NCBI GenBank assembly: GCA_965208575.1
Contig: CBDBOV010000005.1
Coordinates: 1,024,001-1,088,000 of the forward strand
Reading direction: 5' to 3'
DNA: 64,000 nucleotides
Source: Spirochaetia bacterium
GTDB lineage: Bacteria; Spirochaetota; Spirochaetia; SZUA-6; Bin103
Translations under genes and position numbers: made by a program
The notes under the pieces: model-generated
Told to the model about the DNA's origin: nothing
The model's database searches: none
The model's input: the letters and a program-made list of their open reading frames with translations, nothing else
Shown here: in pieces, positions 8,779-18,279 of the stretch
How positions within the stretch are numbered: position 1 is the first letter of the stretch
Layout: every line of letters starts with the position of its first letter

Positions 8779-10572
8779 CTACTGGCTCATGGCCTTCACT
8801 TCCTGGTCAATCCAGAGCCGGGCGTAGATGGGAGCGCTGTTGCACTGGTTGCACAACTCGCCTTCACCGTTGTAACCGATGACCCATGGCTGCGCCGCGG
8901 TGAACTGCGGGATCTTGGGACCCCATATGATCTCGTGCTTCTGTATCATGAGCATGTCGCACTCTTTGACCAGCCGCGCCTCCTCCTCATAGCTGGTGGC
9001 GGCCATGATCGCTTCATGCAAGGCCGTTTGCGCCGGATCATCCGGAACCTTCATGTAATGCGTCGCATCCGTATAGCACATGCCGGCAGGAGGATAGTCC
9101 AACCCCAGGAACCCCATGGCCAGCCCGGGCCAGGACGCGTCCCTGGCCTGGACCATCCAGGAAGGATGGTCCATCGGGTCCTTCTCCGCAGCAATGCCAA
9201 CCTCCGCCAAGTAGGCTATGACGATGTCGTAATAGCCCGTATCGTGGTAGGAACCGACGAATACCATGGGCAGTTCGAATCTCGTGCCGTCCTCGCCGCG
9301 CGGATACCCGGCCTCGTCGAGCAGCCGTTCGGCACCCTCCGGGTCATAGCGCCAGTATTGCTTGATCTCCTCCGGCCACTCTTCGAACGGGTTGTTGTAC
9401 CCGCCGAGGATATTGTCCCCGACTCGCCCTTGGGGCTCCCACTTGCCATAACCCTGGAAGTAGGTATCGTTGATGGTCTCAAGGTCCAACGCCATCTGTA
9501 TGGCGTGGCGCACGCGGATGTCGTCGGTGGGCGAGGGCACGAAAGGATTGTAAGCCCGGTAACTGTAGTTGGACCGATAATCCCACGGGTAGAGCCTGAT
9601 CTCGGGGTTGGTCTCCTGCAGGCTTTCCGCCATTTCGACATTGGCAAAGGAAGCCGCCGTGATGAGCATGTCAAGCTTGCCCGAGCGCAGTGCCGCGGCG
9701 ACGGTTGCCGGTTCCCGAATGATCAGGTTCGTCAACTCGTCGGTATAGGGCAAGCGGTTCTCGGGGTATTTCTCGTCGAAGCCCCAGTAGTTGGGATTCC
9801 TGGTATAGGTAATCGAGCTCTCTTCGACCCAGTCCGTTATCTCATAGGGCCCGGTGCCCACCAGGTTCTGCCAGTCCGCTCTGTTGATGTTGCCGTCTCG
9901 CTTGATTACCTCGGGGGGCATCATGTGCGCATTGTTGGCGATCTTCAACGGCCCATCGAGGATGGGATGCTTCAACTTGAACACCACCGTTCGTTCGTCG
10001 GGGGCCGTTACCGATTCGAGCGGCAAGGCCGCGCTGCGACCGCCCGCATAGCTGGGGCTCGGTTCGGTAAAGCCACTGCCCAGACCGAGAAAACGGTGAT
10101 AGTTGAATACGATGTCATCGGCAGTCAACTCCCGGCCGTTCATCGGTTCCTTGTCGTGCCAGTGAACGCCCTCGCGGATGCGGAATACGTACGTCAGCGG
10201 GTCGGAAACGTCCCAGCTTTCCGCGAGCTGACCGGTCAGGACCGAGGTCGGCAGATACACCGGGGCAAAGTCGAACGTGTCCCGGCTTATTCCCCAGTCC
10301 GCGATGGCGAGCGTCTCGTTGACGCCGCCGATGAAATACGCCGCCCCGCAGCAATAGGCTGCGTCTATCGAGTTCTCTGCATATCCCGGCTGGGAATAGG
10401 TGATTGTCCCGCCGTATTGTGGCGCGGTCACCATCTTGCCGGTGGTGGGGTCGGTCACCATTTCCTTCTCGGCGGCGGCCGCCGGTGCCTCTTCGCTGGC
10501 AGCGGCCCAGAGGCCGGTCGCGGTCAGAACGAGGACCAACGCAACCGCGAAGGTCTTTGTTGCAGTGTGCAT
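8779..10572 (-). CDS. Peptide/nickel ABC transporter substrate-binding protein (family 5, DppA/OppA-like)
   Basis: Signal peptide, 'PQYGGTIT', 'LAESWDVSD...FRIREGVHWHD...GRELTADD', 'VGTGPY', 'VRHAIQMALD', 'YDPEGAERLLDEAGYP'. Confidence 0.93.
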   Translation of the reverse strand: MHTATKTFAVALVLVLTATGLWAAASEEAPAAAAEKEMVTDPTTGKMVTAPQYGGTITYSQPGYAENSIDAAYCCGAAYFIGGVNETLAIADWGISRDTFDFAPVYLPTSVLTGQLAESWDVSDPLTYVFRIREGVHWHDKEPMNGRELTADDIVFNYHRFLGLGSGFTEPSPSYAGGRSAALPLESVTAPDERTVVFKLKHPILDGPLKIANNAHMMPPEVIKRDGNINRADWQNLVGTGPYEITDWVEESSITYTRNPNYWGFDEKYPENRLPYTDELTNLIIREPATVAAALRSGKLDMLITAASFANVEMAESLQETNPEIRLYPWDYRSNYSYRAYNPFVPSPTDDIRVRHAIQMALDLETINDTYFQGYGKWEPQGRVGDNILGGYNNPFEEWPEEIKQYWRYDPEGAERLLDEAGYPRGEDGTRFELPMVFVGSYHDTGYYDIVIAYLAEVGIAAEKDPMDHPSWMVQARDASWPGLAMGFLGLDYPPAGMCYTDATHYMKVPDDPAQTALHEAIMAATSYEEEARLVKECDMLMIQKHEIIWGPKIPQFTAAQPWVIGYNGEGELCNQCNSAPIYARLWIDQEVKAMSQ

Positions 10573-11001
10573 AACTCACTCCAGATGTGTGATTCCGAGA
10601 GCAGTGCGTGGCGAATTGCCGCTCCCTGCGCTCTCAGCGCCCGCAACGCGGGCGGCAAGCAGAGACGACAACGTGGAGCCGATGGGGAACTGTGCCGCGC
10701 GCGGCGTGTGACTCACGGGTGCACGCCGCGCGCGCGTTGAGGTTCTTTGCGTATCAAGTGCACCTCCTGAGCGCCGGAAATCGGCGGGGTGTGGCGAATG
10801 TGATTGACTGGCAACGGCGGCCGGCGGTCGGTTCTGCGACGGTGAGTCGGGGAGCGGGACCCAGGAGGTTTGCGATGGTAAGCGAACGAAGGTGGACTGA
10901 GCCGGTGCCGCGCGGAGCCGGCCGCGGCCCCGGCGCTGCCGGCGAAGGCGCCCGAGCGGCGATCAGCCGTGGAGGTTAAAGGTTTCTCGTATAAAGAGTT
11001 G

Positions 11002-11027
11002 CCCCCCGGGGGGGGGGGGGGGGGGGG
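11002..11027. repeat. C6-G20 homopolymer tract
   Basis: Seen directly: CCCCCC followed by 20 G. May be a sequencing or assembly artefact. Confidence 0.9.
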
Positions 11028-11194
11028 CGAGGGGCGTACCGGTTGCGTCAACTGGTAGCAGTTCTGAGTGCTATGGTCGCGCATGGTCGGCATGGGTCCG
11101 AAACCCCTCAGTCAGTGACCATGCACCATCCGATCCCGTCCGTCAACTGCTCGTTCTGCGCGTCTCTGCGCGTCTGGGTGGTCCGGGTGCGTCC

Positions 11195-12001
11195 CTACAA
11201 CTTGTACATGAACCCGCCGCCGACCTCGATGGTCTCGCCCGTGATGAAGCGGGCGTCCGCGGAACTGAGGAACAGGATCATGTTGGCGATGTCATCGGCC
11301 TGGAGCTGGCCGTCCAGGACCTGCAGCAGGTCGCGCAGTCCCTCGAGCCAGTGATGGCCCTGCTTGTCTACGATGAGCTGCGGACGGATCGCATTGACCC
11401 TGATGTGGTGCGGCCCGCCCATGCTGGCGGTGACGCGGGTCAGGCCTTCGAGTCCGGCCTTGGACGCATAGTAGCTAGACACGTCGAAGCCCCCACCAAC
11501 TTCCAGGAGCCTGGTCGTAAAGCCGCCGCCGGCGGCCCCCGACGATATGTTGGTGATGACCCCGCCTCCGGCTTCCACCAGGTGCGGCCACACCGCCCGG
11601 GTCATGTAGAAGGGACCGGTCAGGTTGGTACCGACAACGCGATCCCAGGTCTCGTTGTCTTCCAGCCGCATCGGTTCCCCGGCTCTGCCGCCGAGCGCGC
11701 CGCCGCCGGCGTTGTTCACCAGTATCTGCACGCCGCCGTAGGCTTCGACCGTCTGCGCCACCGCGGCCTCGACCGAAGCATGGTCGCTTACGTCGCAGGT
11801 CACGAAGGTGGCGTCGCCGCCGGCCGCGCGAATCTCGTCCTGCACGGCTCGACCCTTGTCCTGCCCTCTGGCCAGCAACGCGACCTTGGCGCCCGCGCGC
11901 GCCAGTACCTTGCCGGTGGCTTCACCGATCCCGCTGTTGCCGCCGGTAACGATGGCGACCCTGCCATCCAGTCTGTGTGCCCCATCCGGTCTGTGTGCCA
12001 T
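11195..12001 (-). CDS. Classical SDR oxidoreductase
   Basis: 'VTGGNSGIG', 'LVNNAG', 'NISS', YxxxK 'YYASK', 'IRVNAI', 'FITGETIEVGGG'. Confidence 0.93.
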   Translation of the reverse strand: MAHRPDGAHRLDGRVAIVTGGNSGIGEATGKVLARAGAKVALLARGQDKGRAVQDEIRAAGGDATFVTCDVSDHASVEAAVAQTVEAYGGVQILVNNAGGGALGGRAGEPMRLEDNETWDRVVGTNLTGPFYMTRAVWPHLVEAGGGVITNISSGAAGGGFTTRLLEVGGGFDVSSYYASKAGLEGLTRVTASMGGPHHIRVNAIRPQLIVDKQGHHWLEGLRDLLQVLDGQLQADDIANMILFLSSADARFITGETIEVGGGFMYKL

Positions 12002-12178
12002 TGTGCCTCACCGCCTCGTAGATCCCACGCCGGGTCGGATACTTCAGCATACTCCGGATCGAACAGCGGCGAGAACGCCGGCACGACCGGTTCGGTTTGC
12101 CCTGTTTGCACCAACTGCCAGAACTGTCAGGTGGAGGGCACACGGACCAGCCGGCTTCGCGTATGCTGAAAGCGTCCA

Positions 12179-12382
12179 ATGCACGACGAGAACTACAAGC
12201 GGATCTTCGCCTCCCCGCGCGTAATCGAGGATCTCCTGCGGGGCTTCGTCCCCGGCGACTGGCCGCACGACGCCGGCGCCCGGCATGGCGCCAACGGAGC
12301 TGAGCCAGCGCCGCGGATTCGCCGCGCGCAGGTAGGCTGTCGAACCGGCCCTTCAACCAACCACCATGACGCCCTTGTGTAG
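12179..12382 (+). pseudogene. Truncated Rpn/YhgA-like (recombination-promoting nuclease / putative transposase) remnant
   Basis: The first ~28 aa 'MHDENYKRIFASPRVIEDLLRGFVPGDW' match the typical Rpn N-terminus (HD..YK..F..P....DLL..F); the frame then degenerates, with no PD-(D/E)xK core. Confidence 0.7.
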
Positions 12383-12487
12383 TGCCGCTGCAGGCCGGCC
12401 GGGCCGGGATAGCGAGGTTCGGTCGACAGGCGGGAGTGATGTCCGGGCTTCCCTGTCACGGAGTGTTCGTGCAGACTCTCACGCGGT

Positions 12488-14377
12488 ATGAGCAAGGCGA
12501 CCCCGACCCTGGAGATTCGCGCGCACCTGGAGCGCGAGTATGAAGACGTGTACACCTCGGAGGTGCTCGACGCACTGCACGCCCTCGCCGGGTTCAACGA
12601 GCAGCGCAGGCGGCTGATGCGCGAGCGCATCGAGCGGCGGAGCCGGCGGGCGCGGGAAGGGGAGCGCATCGGCTTCCTCTTACCCGGCGCCACCATCGCC
12701 GGCACCGGCATCGGTGTGCAGGCGGCGCGCGTCGGCCGCTTCGCCGGCAGCGAGATACCGCACGACCTGCAGCGGCAGTGGATCCAGGGCACCGGCCCCG
12801 GCGCCAAGCCCAATACGCCGGTAGCTCGCAGCATCCGCAACGTCGCCTACGCGCTGCTGTCGGGGGCGGACGGCTGGATGTTCGACGGCGAGGATGCGCT
12901 CGGCCAGATCACCACCATGTCGCTTGACAACCAGCGCAACCTGCGCCTGGCGATCGCCGGCGACGACGTGTTCCTGAACGCCGCCGAGCAAGTGGCGGTC
13001 GGCATGAACACCTGGGGACAGAGCTTCTTCGGGCGCGCCATCGTCGACGACTGGCGGGCGCAGTTGGCGTTTACCACCAAGATCTTCCGCGCCCGCGGCC
13101 TGCACCTCGACGACCGCCACGTGCGCGAAGCGGGCGGTAGCGGGTTCTCGGCCTCCATCGTGGACGCCGTGATGTACGTGACCAACAACCACCGCCGCCT
13201 TGCGGAGCAGGGATCGTCGATCGTGCTCTACCTGCCCAAGATCCAGACCGCCGAGGAGGCGGCGCTGTGGGGCGCCATGCTCGACGCCCTGGAGGGCCAC
13301 CTCGGCATCGCCGCGGGGTCGATCAAGGCTTACGTGCTGGTCGAGCAACTGGAGGCGTCGTTCCAGCTCATGGAGATCCGCGCCGCCCTCGGGCAGCACT
13401 TCGTCGGCTTCAACACCGGGCGCTGGGACTACATCAACAGCGTCGCCGACGCCATGGCGTGGGACGGCTCGTTCATCAACCCCAACATCGACGCCATCCT
13501 GATGACCTACGGCTACATGCGCAACTACGAGGACCGCGTGCGGCGCGCCGTAAACACCGCGGATCAGAACGGCAACTACGCGCTGTGGCAGGGCGGCATG
13601 GAGCCCAACATCCCGGTCGGTTCGGAGGCTGGCGTGGAGGCGTCGATGAACAAGGCGGTGGCCGGCGGCGAGCGCGAGCAGCAGGCGGGCGCGAGCGGCA
13701 AGTGGGTGGCGCACTGGAAGATGGTGCACATCGTGCGCCCGGTGTGGGAGCGGGCGGGGGCGGCCAACCAGCTCGGGCGCGCGTTCCCGGCGCTCACCTA
13801 CACCGACGCGGACGCCGCCGGTCTGACCGAGCTGGAGGAGGCGCCGCGCACGGTGCGCGGGGCGCGCGACCTGCTGAGCGTGGCGCTGCAGTACGGCAAC
13901 GCGTTCGGGCAGGGCATGCAGGCCGCCGCCCTGAAGCCGGCCGACTCGTTCGGCGACGACGACGTGCTGTACCTGATGGAGGACATGGCCACCGGCGAGA
14001 TCCGCCTCAGCATCCTGTGGGAGTGGCTGCACAAGGGCGCCGCGCTCACCGCGGACGACCCCGACACCGGCCTGGCCGCCGGCACCCGCTTCACGGCGGA
14101 GATCTTCGAGCGCCTGCTGTCCGAGGAGTACGGCAAGCTGCAGGCCGCCGACAACCGCGACGTGCACGACGACTCCAAGCGCACCACGCTGCCGGTGGCG
14201 CGTGAGATCGCCGACGTGTACGTGCTCGACGGGGTAAAGACGCCGTGGTATATCGACCTCCTGAACATCAACCTCAACAACCACGACCTGGCCGAGGCCA
14301 AGCGGCGCATCGCGAGCTACGTGCAGGCGTTCCACCGCGACGGCACCCGCATCACCGAGAACCTCGACTTCGCCTAG
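12488..14377 (+). CDS. aceB: Malate synthase (A-type-like)
   Basis: 'WMFDGED', 'FRARGLHLDDRH', 'LYLPKIQTAEEAALW', 'IKAYVLVE', 'GFNTGRWDYINS', 'GKWVAH', catalytic 'LMEDMATGEIR'. Confidence 0.85.
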   Translation: MSKATPTLEIRAHLEREYEDVYTSEVLDALHALAGFNEQRRRLMRERIERRSRRAREGERIGFLLPGATIAGTGIGVQAARVGRFAGSEIPHDLQRQWIQGTGPGAKPNTPVARSIRNVAYALLSGADGWMFDGEDALGQITTMSLDNQRNLRLAIAGDDVFLNAAEQVAVGMNTWGQSFFGRAIVDDWRAQLAFTTKIFRARGLHLDDRHVREAGGSGFSASIVDAVMYVTNNHRRLAEQGSSIVLYLPKIQTAEEAALWGAMLDALEGHLGIAAGSIKAYVLVEQLEASFQLMEIRAALGQHFVGFNTGRWDYINSVADAMAWDGSFINPNIDAILMTYGYMRNYEDRVRRAVNTADQNGNYALWQGGMEPNIPVGSEAGVEASMNKAVAGGEREQQAGASGKWVAHWKMVHIVRPVWERAGAANQLGRAFPALTYTDADAAGLTELEEAPRTVRGARDLLSVALQYGNAFGQGMQAAALKPADSFGDDDVLYLMEDMATGEIRLSILWEWLHKGAALTADDPDTGLAAGTRFTAEIFERLLSEEYGKLQAADNRDVHDDSKRTTLPVAREIADVYVLDGVKTPWYIDLLNINLNNHDLAEAKRRIASYVQAFHRDGTRITENLDFA

Positions 14378-14392
14378 GCTTCCGGTAGTGCC

Positions 14393-14839
14393 ATGATCTA
14401 CGGCGCACTCGCCGACGGCGTCCTGCTCTTCCACTTCGCGTTCATCGTGTTCGTGGTGGCGGGCGGGGCGCTGGTGCTACGCTGGCGCTGGGTGGCGTGG
14501 CTGCACGTGCCGTCGTTCCTGTGGGGCGGGGTGATGGAGCTGGCCGGCTGGATCTGCCCGCTCACGCCGCTGGAACTGCACCTGCGCGCCCTGGCCGGCG
14601 CCGGCGGCTACGAGGTGCGCTTCCTGGAACACTACCTGCTGCGGCTCATCTACCCCGGCAGCCTGACCCGCGGCATGCAGATCGCCATCGGCATCGGCGT
14701 GCTCGCCATAAACGCTCTCATCTACGCCCGCCTCCTGCACCGGGCGCGGTCGCGCGCCCACACCGCAACGGAGCGGGCCGGTATCCGGAGGAAGTTCGGG
14801 AAGCCAGTTGCCCAGCAACGACCGCACTTGACTCCTTGA
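14393..14839 (+). CDS. DUF2784-like membrane protein
   Basis: 'LADGVLLFHFAFIVFVVAGG', 'WLHVP', 'CPLTPLE..LR..AG..GY...FLEHYL..LIYP' is the DUF2784 pattern as recalled. Confidence 0.8.
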   Translation: MIYGALADGVLLFHFAFIVFVVAGGALVLRWRWVAWLHVPSFLWGGVMELAGWICPLTPLELHLRALAGAGGYEVRFLEHYLLRLIYPGSLTRGMQIAIGIGVLAINALIYARLLHRARSRAHTATERAGIRRKFGKPVAQQRPHLTP

Positions 14840-14870
14840 AGATAAGTATGAGTCACCTTCCGGCGGTCCG

Positions 14871-15200
14871 CTACTCCTCTGGGTGGGGCTGCCGTTCCAG
14901 CCGTGCGCGCAAGCGCACCAGTAGGTCCATCTTCTCATGCAGCACTGCCACGATAAGCGGAACTTCGTCTTCCCGCATCTGCGCAAACACGTAGTGGTGT
15001 TCACAGCGCGAGACGCAAATGTCGGACCGGTGCTCGAAGACGGGTCTGGTCAGGGTCTCACCAGCGCCGATCCCCTTGAGGTTGTTCTCCAGCACGGCTT
15101 CGTACCGGCCCATCTGGGCGAGGCCCCAGGTCTTCAACGTGTAGAGTGCGATGTCGTGCAGGTCGGCTTCGGCGTCCGGAGTGAGTTCGTAATCAGGCAT
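14871..15200 (-). CDS. parE: ParE/RelE family toxin
   Basis: 'YELTPDAEADLHDIALYT...WG..Q..RY', 'HHYVF', 'IVAVLHEKMDL'; overlaps the upstream antitoxin. Confidence 0.88.
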   Translation of the reverse strand: MPDYELTPDAEADLHDIALYTLKTWGLAQMGRYEAVLENNLKGIGAGETLTRPVFEHRSDICVSRCEHHYVFAQMREDEVPLIVAVLHEKMDLLVRLRARLERQPHPEE

Positions 15201-15453
15201 CCGGGCTCGGGCCGGCCGTTTGGCGAGCCTGTCTGAAGATGCCTCCGACCGTTCGCTTGCTCGTGCCCTGTGCCGTCGCGCGGTCGATACGCTTGTCGAG
15301 CAGTTTCTCGAGCTCGGACAGATCGGCGTCCTGTGCCTGGTCGCCGATCGTCCGCGCGAGTACGAAGTGCTTGACGGACTGGCCGTTCAGCGCGGCCAGC
15401 GCCTTCAGTTTCCGGTGCTCGGCCTCGGTGACGTCGATGGAAATGCGGCTCAT
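15193..15453 (-). CDS. Antitoxin (ParD-like, ribbon-helix-helix)
   Basis: 86 aa from ATG 15453 'MSRISIDVTEAEHRKLKALAALNGQSVKHFVLARTI'; directly upstream of and overlapping parE; GGGAG RBS. Confidence 0.8.
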   Translation of the reverse strand: MSRISIDVTEAEHRKLKALAALNGQSVKHFVLARTIGDQAQDADLSELEKLLDKRIDRATAQGTSKRTVGGIFRQARQTAGPSPDA

Positions 15454-15579
15454 GGCGGTCTCCCTACTGTGGTGCTTCCAGTATCGCACCAATACCCACA
15501 TTTTATCAAATTGTGGGTTTCTTCTGCTGCCGGTGGACGTGCGCCGGTCAAAGCGTGTACGCAGAGTCCGGGAGAGCAC

Positions 15580-16629
15580 ATGCCGCGAGAGTTGATCGCT
15601 ACCGCGCCGCGCACACCGGAGTTGCGCGCCTACGAAGAGCCGCCGCTGGGGCCGGACGAGGTGCGCCTGCGGAGCGTCTTTTCCACCGTCAAGCATGGCA
15701 CGCAGTTGCGCGCCTACCGCGCCGACACCATGGATGCCACCCAGCCGTTCGACGCGGAGCTGAAACTGCACCGTCGCACTGGGACGCGGGCCGCCCACGG
15801 CATGAAGCCGCGCTTCCCGATGGCGCTCGGTACCGTGGCGGTGGGCGAGGTGATCGCCGTGGGCGGCGCCGTCGAGTCGTTCGCCGTGGGCGACCGGGTG
15901 TACGGAAACCTGTCGATCCGCGAGACACACACGGTCGCGGCGGAACGCCTGCACTTGGTGCCGCCGGCCATGCACCCGCACGCGGTGGTGTGCGGCGATC
16001 CGGCGTGCGTCGCCCTGTCCGGGGTGCGCGATTCGACCCTGGGCGTCGGCGACCGGGTGCTGGTGACCGGGCTCGGCGCGATCGGGCAGCTGGCGGTGCA
16101 GACGGCGCGCCTGCAGGGCGCCGCCTGGGTGGCGGGCGCCGATCCGATACCGCGCCGGCGCGCCCTTGCCGAACGCCTCGGCGCCGACCTGGTGATCGAC
16201 CCGCTCGCCGAGGACACCGGTCTGGTGGTCAAGACCGCTACCGGCAAGCGGGGCGCCGACGCCGTGATCGAGACCAGCGGCAACTACGCCGGCCTCAACG
16301 ACGCCCTGCGCGCCGCCGCCTACGGGGCGACCGTGGTGTCGGTGGCCTACTACCCGGGCGAGGGCCGCGGCCTCAGCCTGGAAGGCGAATGGCATCGCAA
16401 CCGCATCAACCTGATCTCCAGCCGCGACGTCAGCGCGCCGCACCGCCTGTTCCCGCGCTGGGACGCCGCCCGGCTCCATGACGCCGCCTTCGCGCTCCTG
16501 CAGCAGGGCCGGCTGCGGGTGGACGGCCTGCTCGACCCGGTGGTGCCGTTCGAAGACAGCGCCGCCGCCTACCGCGAGATCGACGAGAATCCGGCCGCAA
16601 GCATCAAGCTCGGCGTCACTTACGCGTAG
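15580..16629 (+). CDS. MDR-family (zinc-type) alcohol dehydrogenase
   Basis: GroES-like N-terminus, Rossmann 'VLVTGLGAIGQL', 'GADAVIETSG'; GGAGAG RBS before ATG 15580. Confidence 0.85.
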   Translation: MPRELIATAPRTPELRAYEEPPLGPDEVRLRSVFSTVKHGTQLRAYRADTMDATQPFDAELKLHRRTGTRAAHGMKPRFPMALGTVAVGEVIAVGGAVESFAVGDRVYGNLSIRETHTVAAERLHLVPPAMHPHAVVCGDPACVALSGVRDSTLGVGDRVLVTGLGAIGQLAVQTARLQGAAWVAGADPIPRRRALAERLGADLVIDPLAEDTGLVVKTATGKRGADAVIETSGNYAGLNDALRAAAYGATVVSVAYYPGEGRGLSLEGEWHRNRINLISSRDVSAPHRLFPRWDAARLHDAAFALLQQGRLRVDGLLDPVVPFEDSAAAYREIDENPAASIKLGVTYA

Positions 16630-16689
16630 CAGCGGTTCCGCTGCTCCTGCGTGGCAGCCAGCGATCGTGACGATGAAGCGGGTCGGCGA

Positions 16690-18279
16690 TCACTGCCCCT
16701 CGTGCAGAGAGGTCAGTGCGGGTGGGAAGATGTCGGCAAGTTCGGCGTCGACGCTGCGCAGGACTGCCGTGCACCGTTGGTACACGCGGCGGAAGCAGTC
16801 GTCGTACTGCTCGCGGCGGGCGGGATCGGGGGTGAACCGCCGCTGCACGCGGTATACGCGGCGCACGGCGGTCTCGTAGTCGGGGTAGATGCCGGCGGCG
16901 ATGCCGGCCAGCATGGCGCCGCCGAGCGAGGCCGCCTCCTCGGTGTCGAGCACCTCGACCGTGCGACCGGTGACGTCGGCGCGCAACTGGCTCCAGAACG
17001 GCGAGCGGGCGGCTCCGCCCACCGCCACCACGCGTTGCACGTCGGCGCCGAACAGGCGTTCGAATTCGTCGATGCGCGCCCTGACCTCGTAGCAGATCCC
17101 CTCCAGCATGGCGCGCACGAAGTCGCCGCCGGTGTGCGAGTCGCGGATGCCGAGGAAGGCGCCGCGCACCGCGGGGTCGGTCGGCGTGCCGCGCACGTTG
17201 GGCAGCCAGATCAGCCCGCGCGCCCGTGCCGCCGCCTGTTCGGCGCCCGCCAGCAGCAGGTCGTAAACGTTGTTTCCGGTCCGTGCGGCCTGCTCCCGCA
17301 CGTCGCCGCCGAACCGTTCCAGGTACCAGTCCAGCGCGGTGGCCCCGAACAGGATGCAGTCCATCACCTGGTAATGGTCGGCCAGGGGATGCGGATAGAC
17401 CGGGATGGCGGCATCGTGCGCCGCGTCGGACAGGCGCGCTTCCGGCAGCACGCCGAGCATCACGTCCGCCGTGCCGGTGGAGTTGAGCACCGAATCGGGC
17501 CCGAGCACGTTTGCCGGCAGCGACGTACAGCCGTGGTCATGGCCGCCGGTGGCCACCACGGTTCCCGGCGCGAGGCCGGTGACGGCGGAGGCGATCCCGG
17601 TCACGCCGCCCACCGCGGTGCCGCTGGGATAGGGCACCGCCATCAAGCCGGGGTCGAGGCCCGCCGCGGCGAACAACTCTTCCGACCAGCACTTGCGCTG
17701 CACGTCGAAGCCCATGGTGCGGCTGGCAATCGAGTAGTCGGTGGCGTACACGCCGGTCAGCTTGAACATCACGTAGTCTTCCACCACCAGCCAGCGCCGG
17801 GCGCGCCGGAACACTTCCGGCTCGTGCTCGCGCAGCCACAGCATGGCGTTCAGCGAAAGGAAAAAGCTGACCAGCTGGCCGGTGATCCCGTACACCCGGC
17901 GCGCGCCGACCTGGTCGCGCCACCACTGCGCCTGCGGCTCGGTGCGCCGGTCGAACCAGCAGATGGCCGGGTACAGCCAGTTGCCGCGCCCGTCGACCGG
18001 AATGATCGGCTCGCCCATGCCGACCACCGCCAGCGCCTTGATCTGCCCGGCGTCGGGTACCTGGCCGACCACCTCGCGGATGTTGGCGACCGTGGCCTGC
18101 CACAGCGCCTCCGGCGAATACTCCGCCCAGTCGGGATTGTGAGGATGCGCGTGTTCGGCCACGGTAGGCCGCGACGCGGCCGCGACGCGCCGTCCCGCCA
18201 CGTCATACAGGTTGGCCTTCAGGTTGGTGGTGCCGATGTCGATGCCCAGCAGGTAGGGCGGCTCGGTTGCGGCCTTCAC
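16690..18279 (-). CDS. FGGY-family carbohydrate kinase (xylulokinase/fuculokinase-like)
   Basis: 'LLGIDIGTTNLKA', 'WFDRRT', 'TDYSIASRT', 'GGHDH', 'RAMLEGI', 'VGGAARS..W', 'EAASLGGAMLAG'; GTG start overlaps the ureD stop. Confidence 0.9.
   Translation of the reverse strand: MKAATEPPYLLGIDIGTTNLKANLYDVAGRRVAAASRPTVAEHAHPHNPDWAEYSPEALWQATVANIREVVGQVPDAGQIKALAVVGMGEPIIPVDGRGNWLYPAICWFDRRTEPQAQWWRDQVGARRVYGITGQLVSFFLSLNAMLWLREHEPEVFRRARRWLVVEDYVMFKLTGVYATDYSIASRTMGFDVQRKCWSEELFAAAGLDPGLMAVPYPSGTAVGGVTGIASAVTGLAPGTVVATGGHDHGCTSLPANVLGPDSVLNSTGTADVMLGVLPEARLSDAAHDAAIPVYPHPLADHYQVMDCILFGATALDWYLERFGGDVREQAARTGNNVYDLLLAGAEQAAARARGLIWLPNVRGTPTDPAVRGAFLGIRDSHTGGDFVRAMLEGICYEVRARIDEFERLFGADVQRVVAVGGAARSPFWSQLRADVTGRTVEVLDTEEAASLGGAMLAGIAAGIYPDYETAVRRVYRVQRRFTPDPARREQYDDCFRRVYQRCTAVLRSVDAELADIFPPALTSLHEGQ

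Noticed and set aside
494-10572. Missing ATPase genes for the sugar and peptide ABC systems
   Set aside because: Shared ATPases encoded elsewhere are common for these transporter classes.
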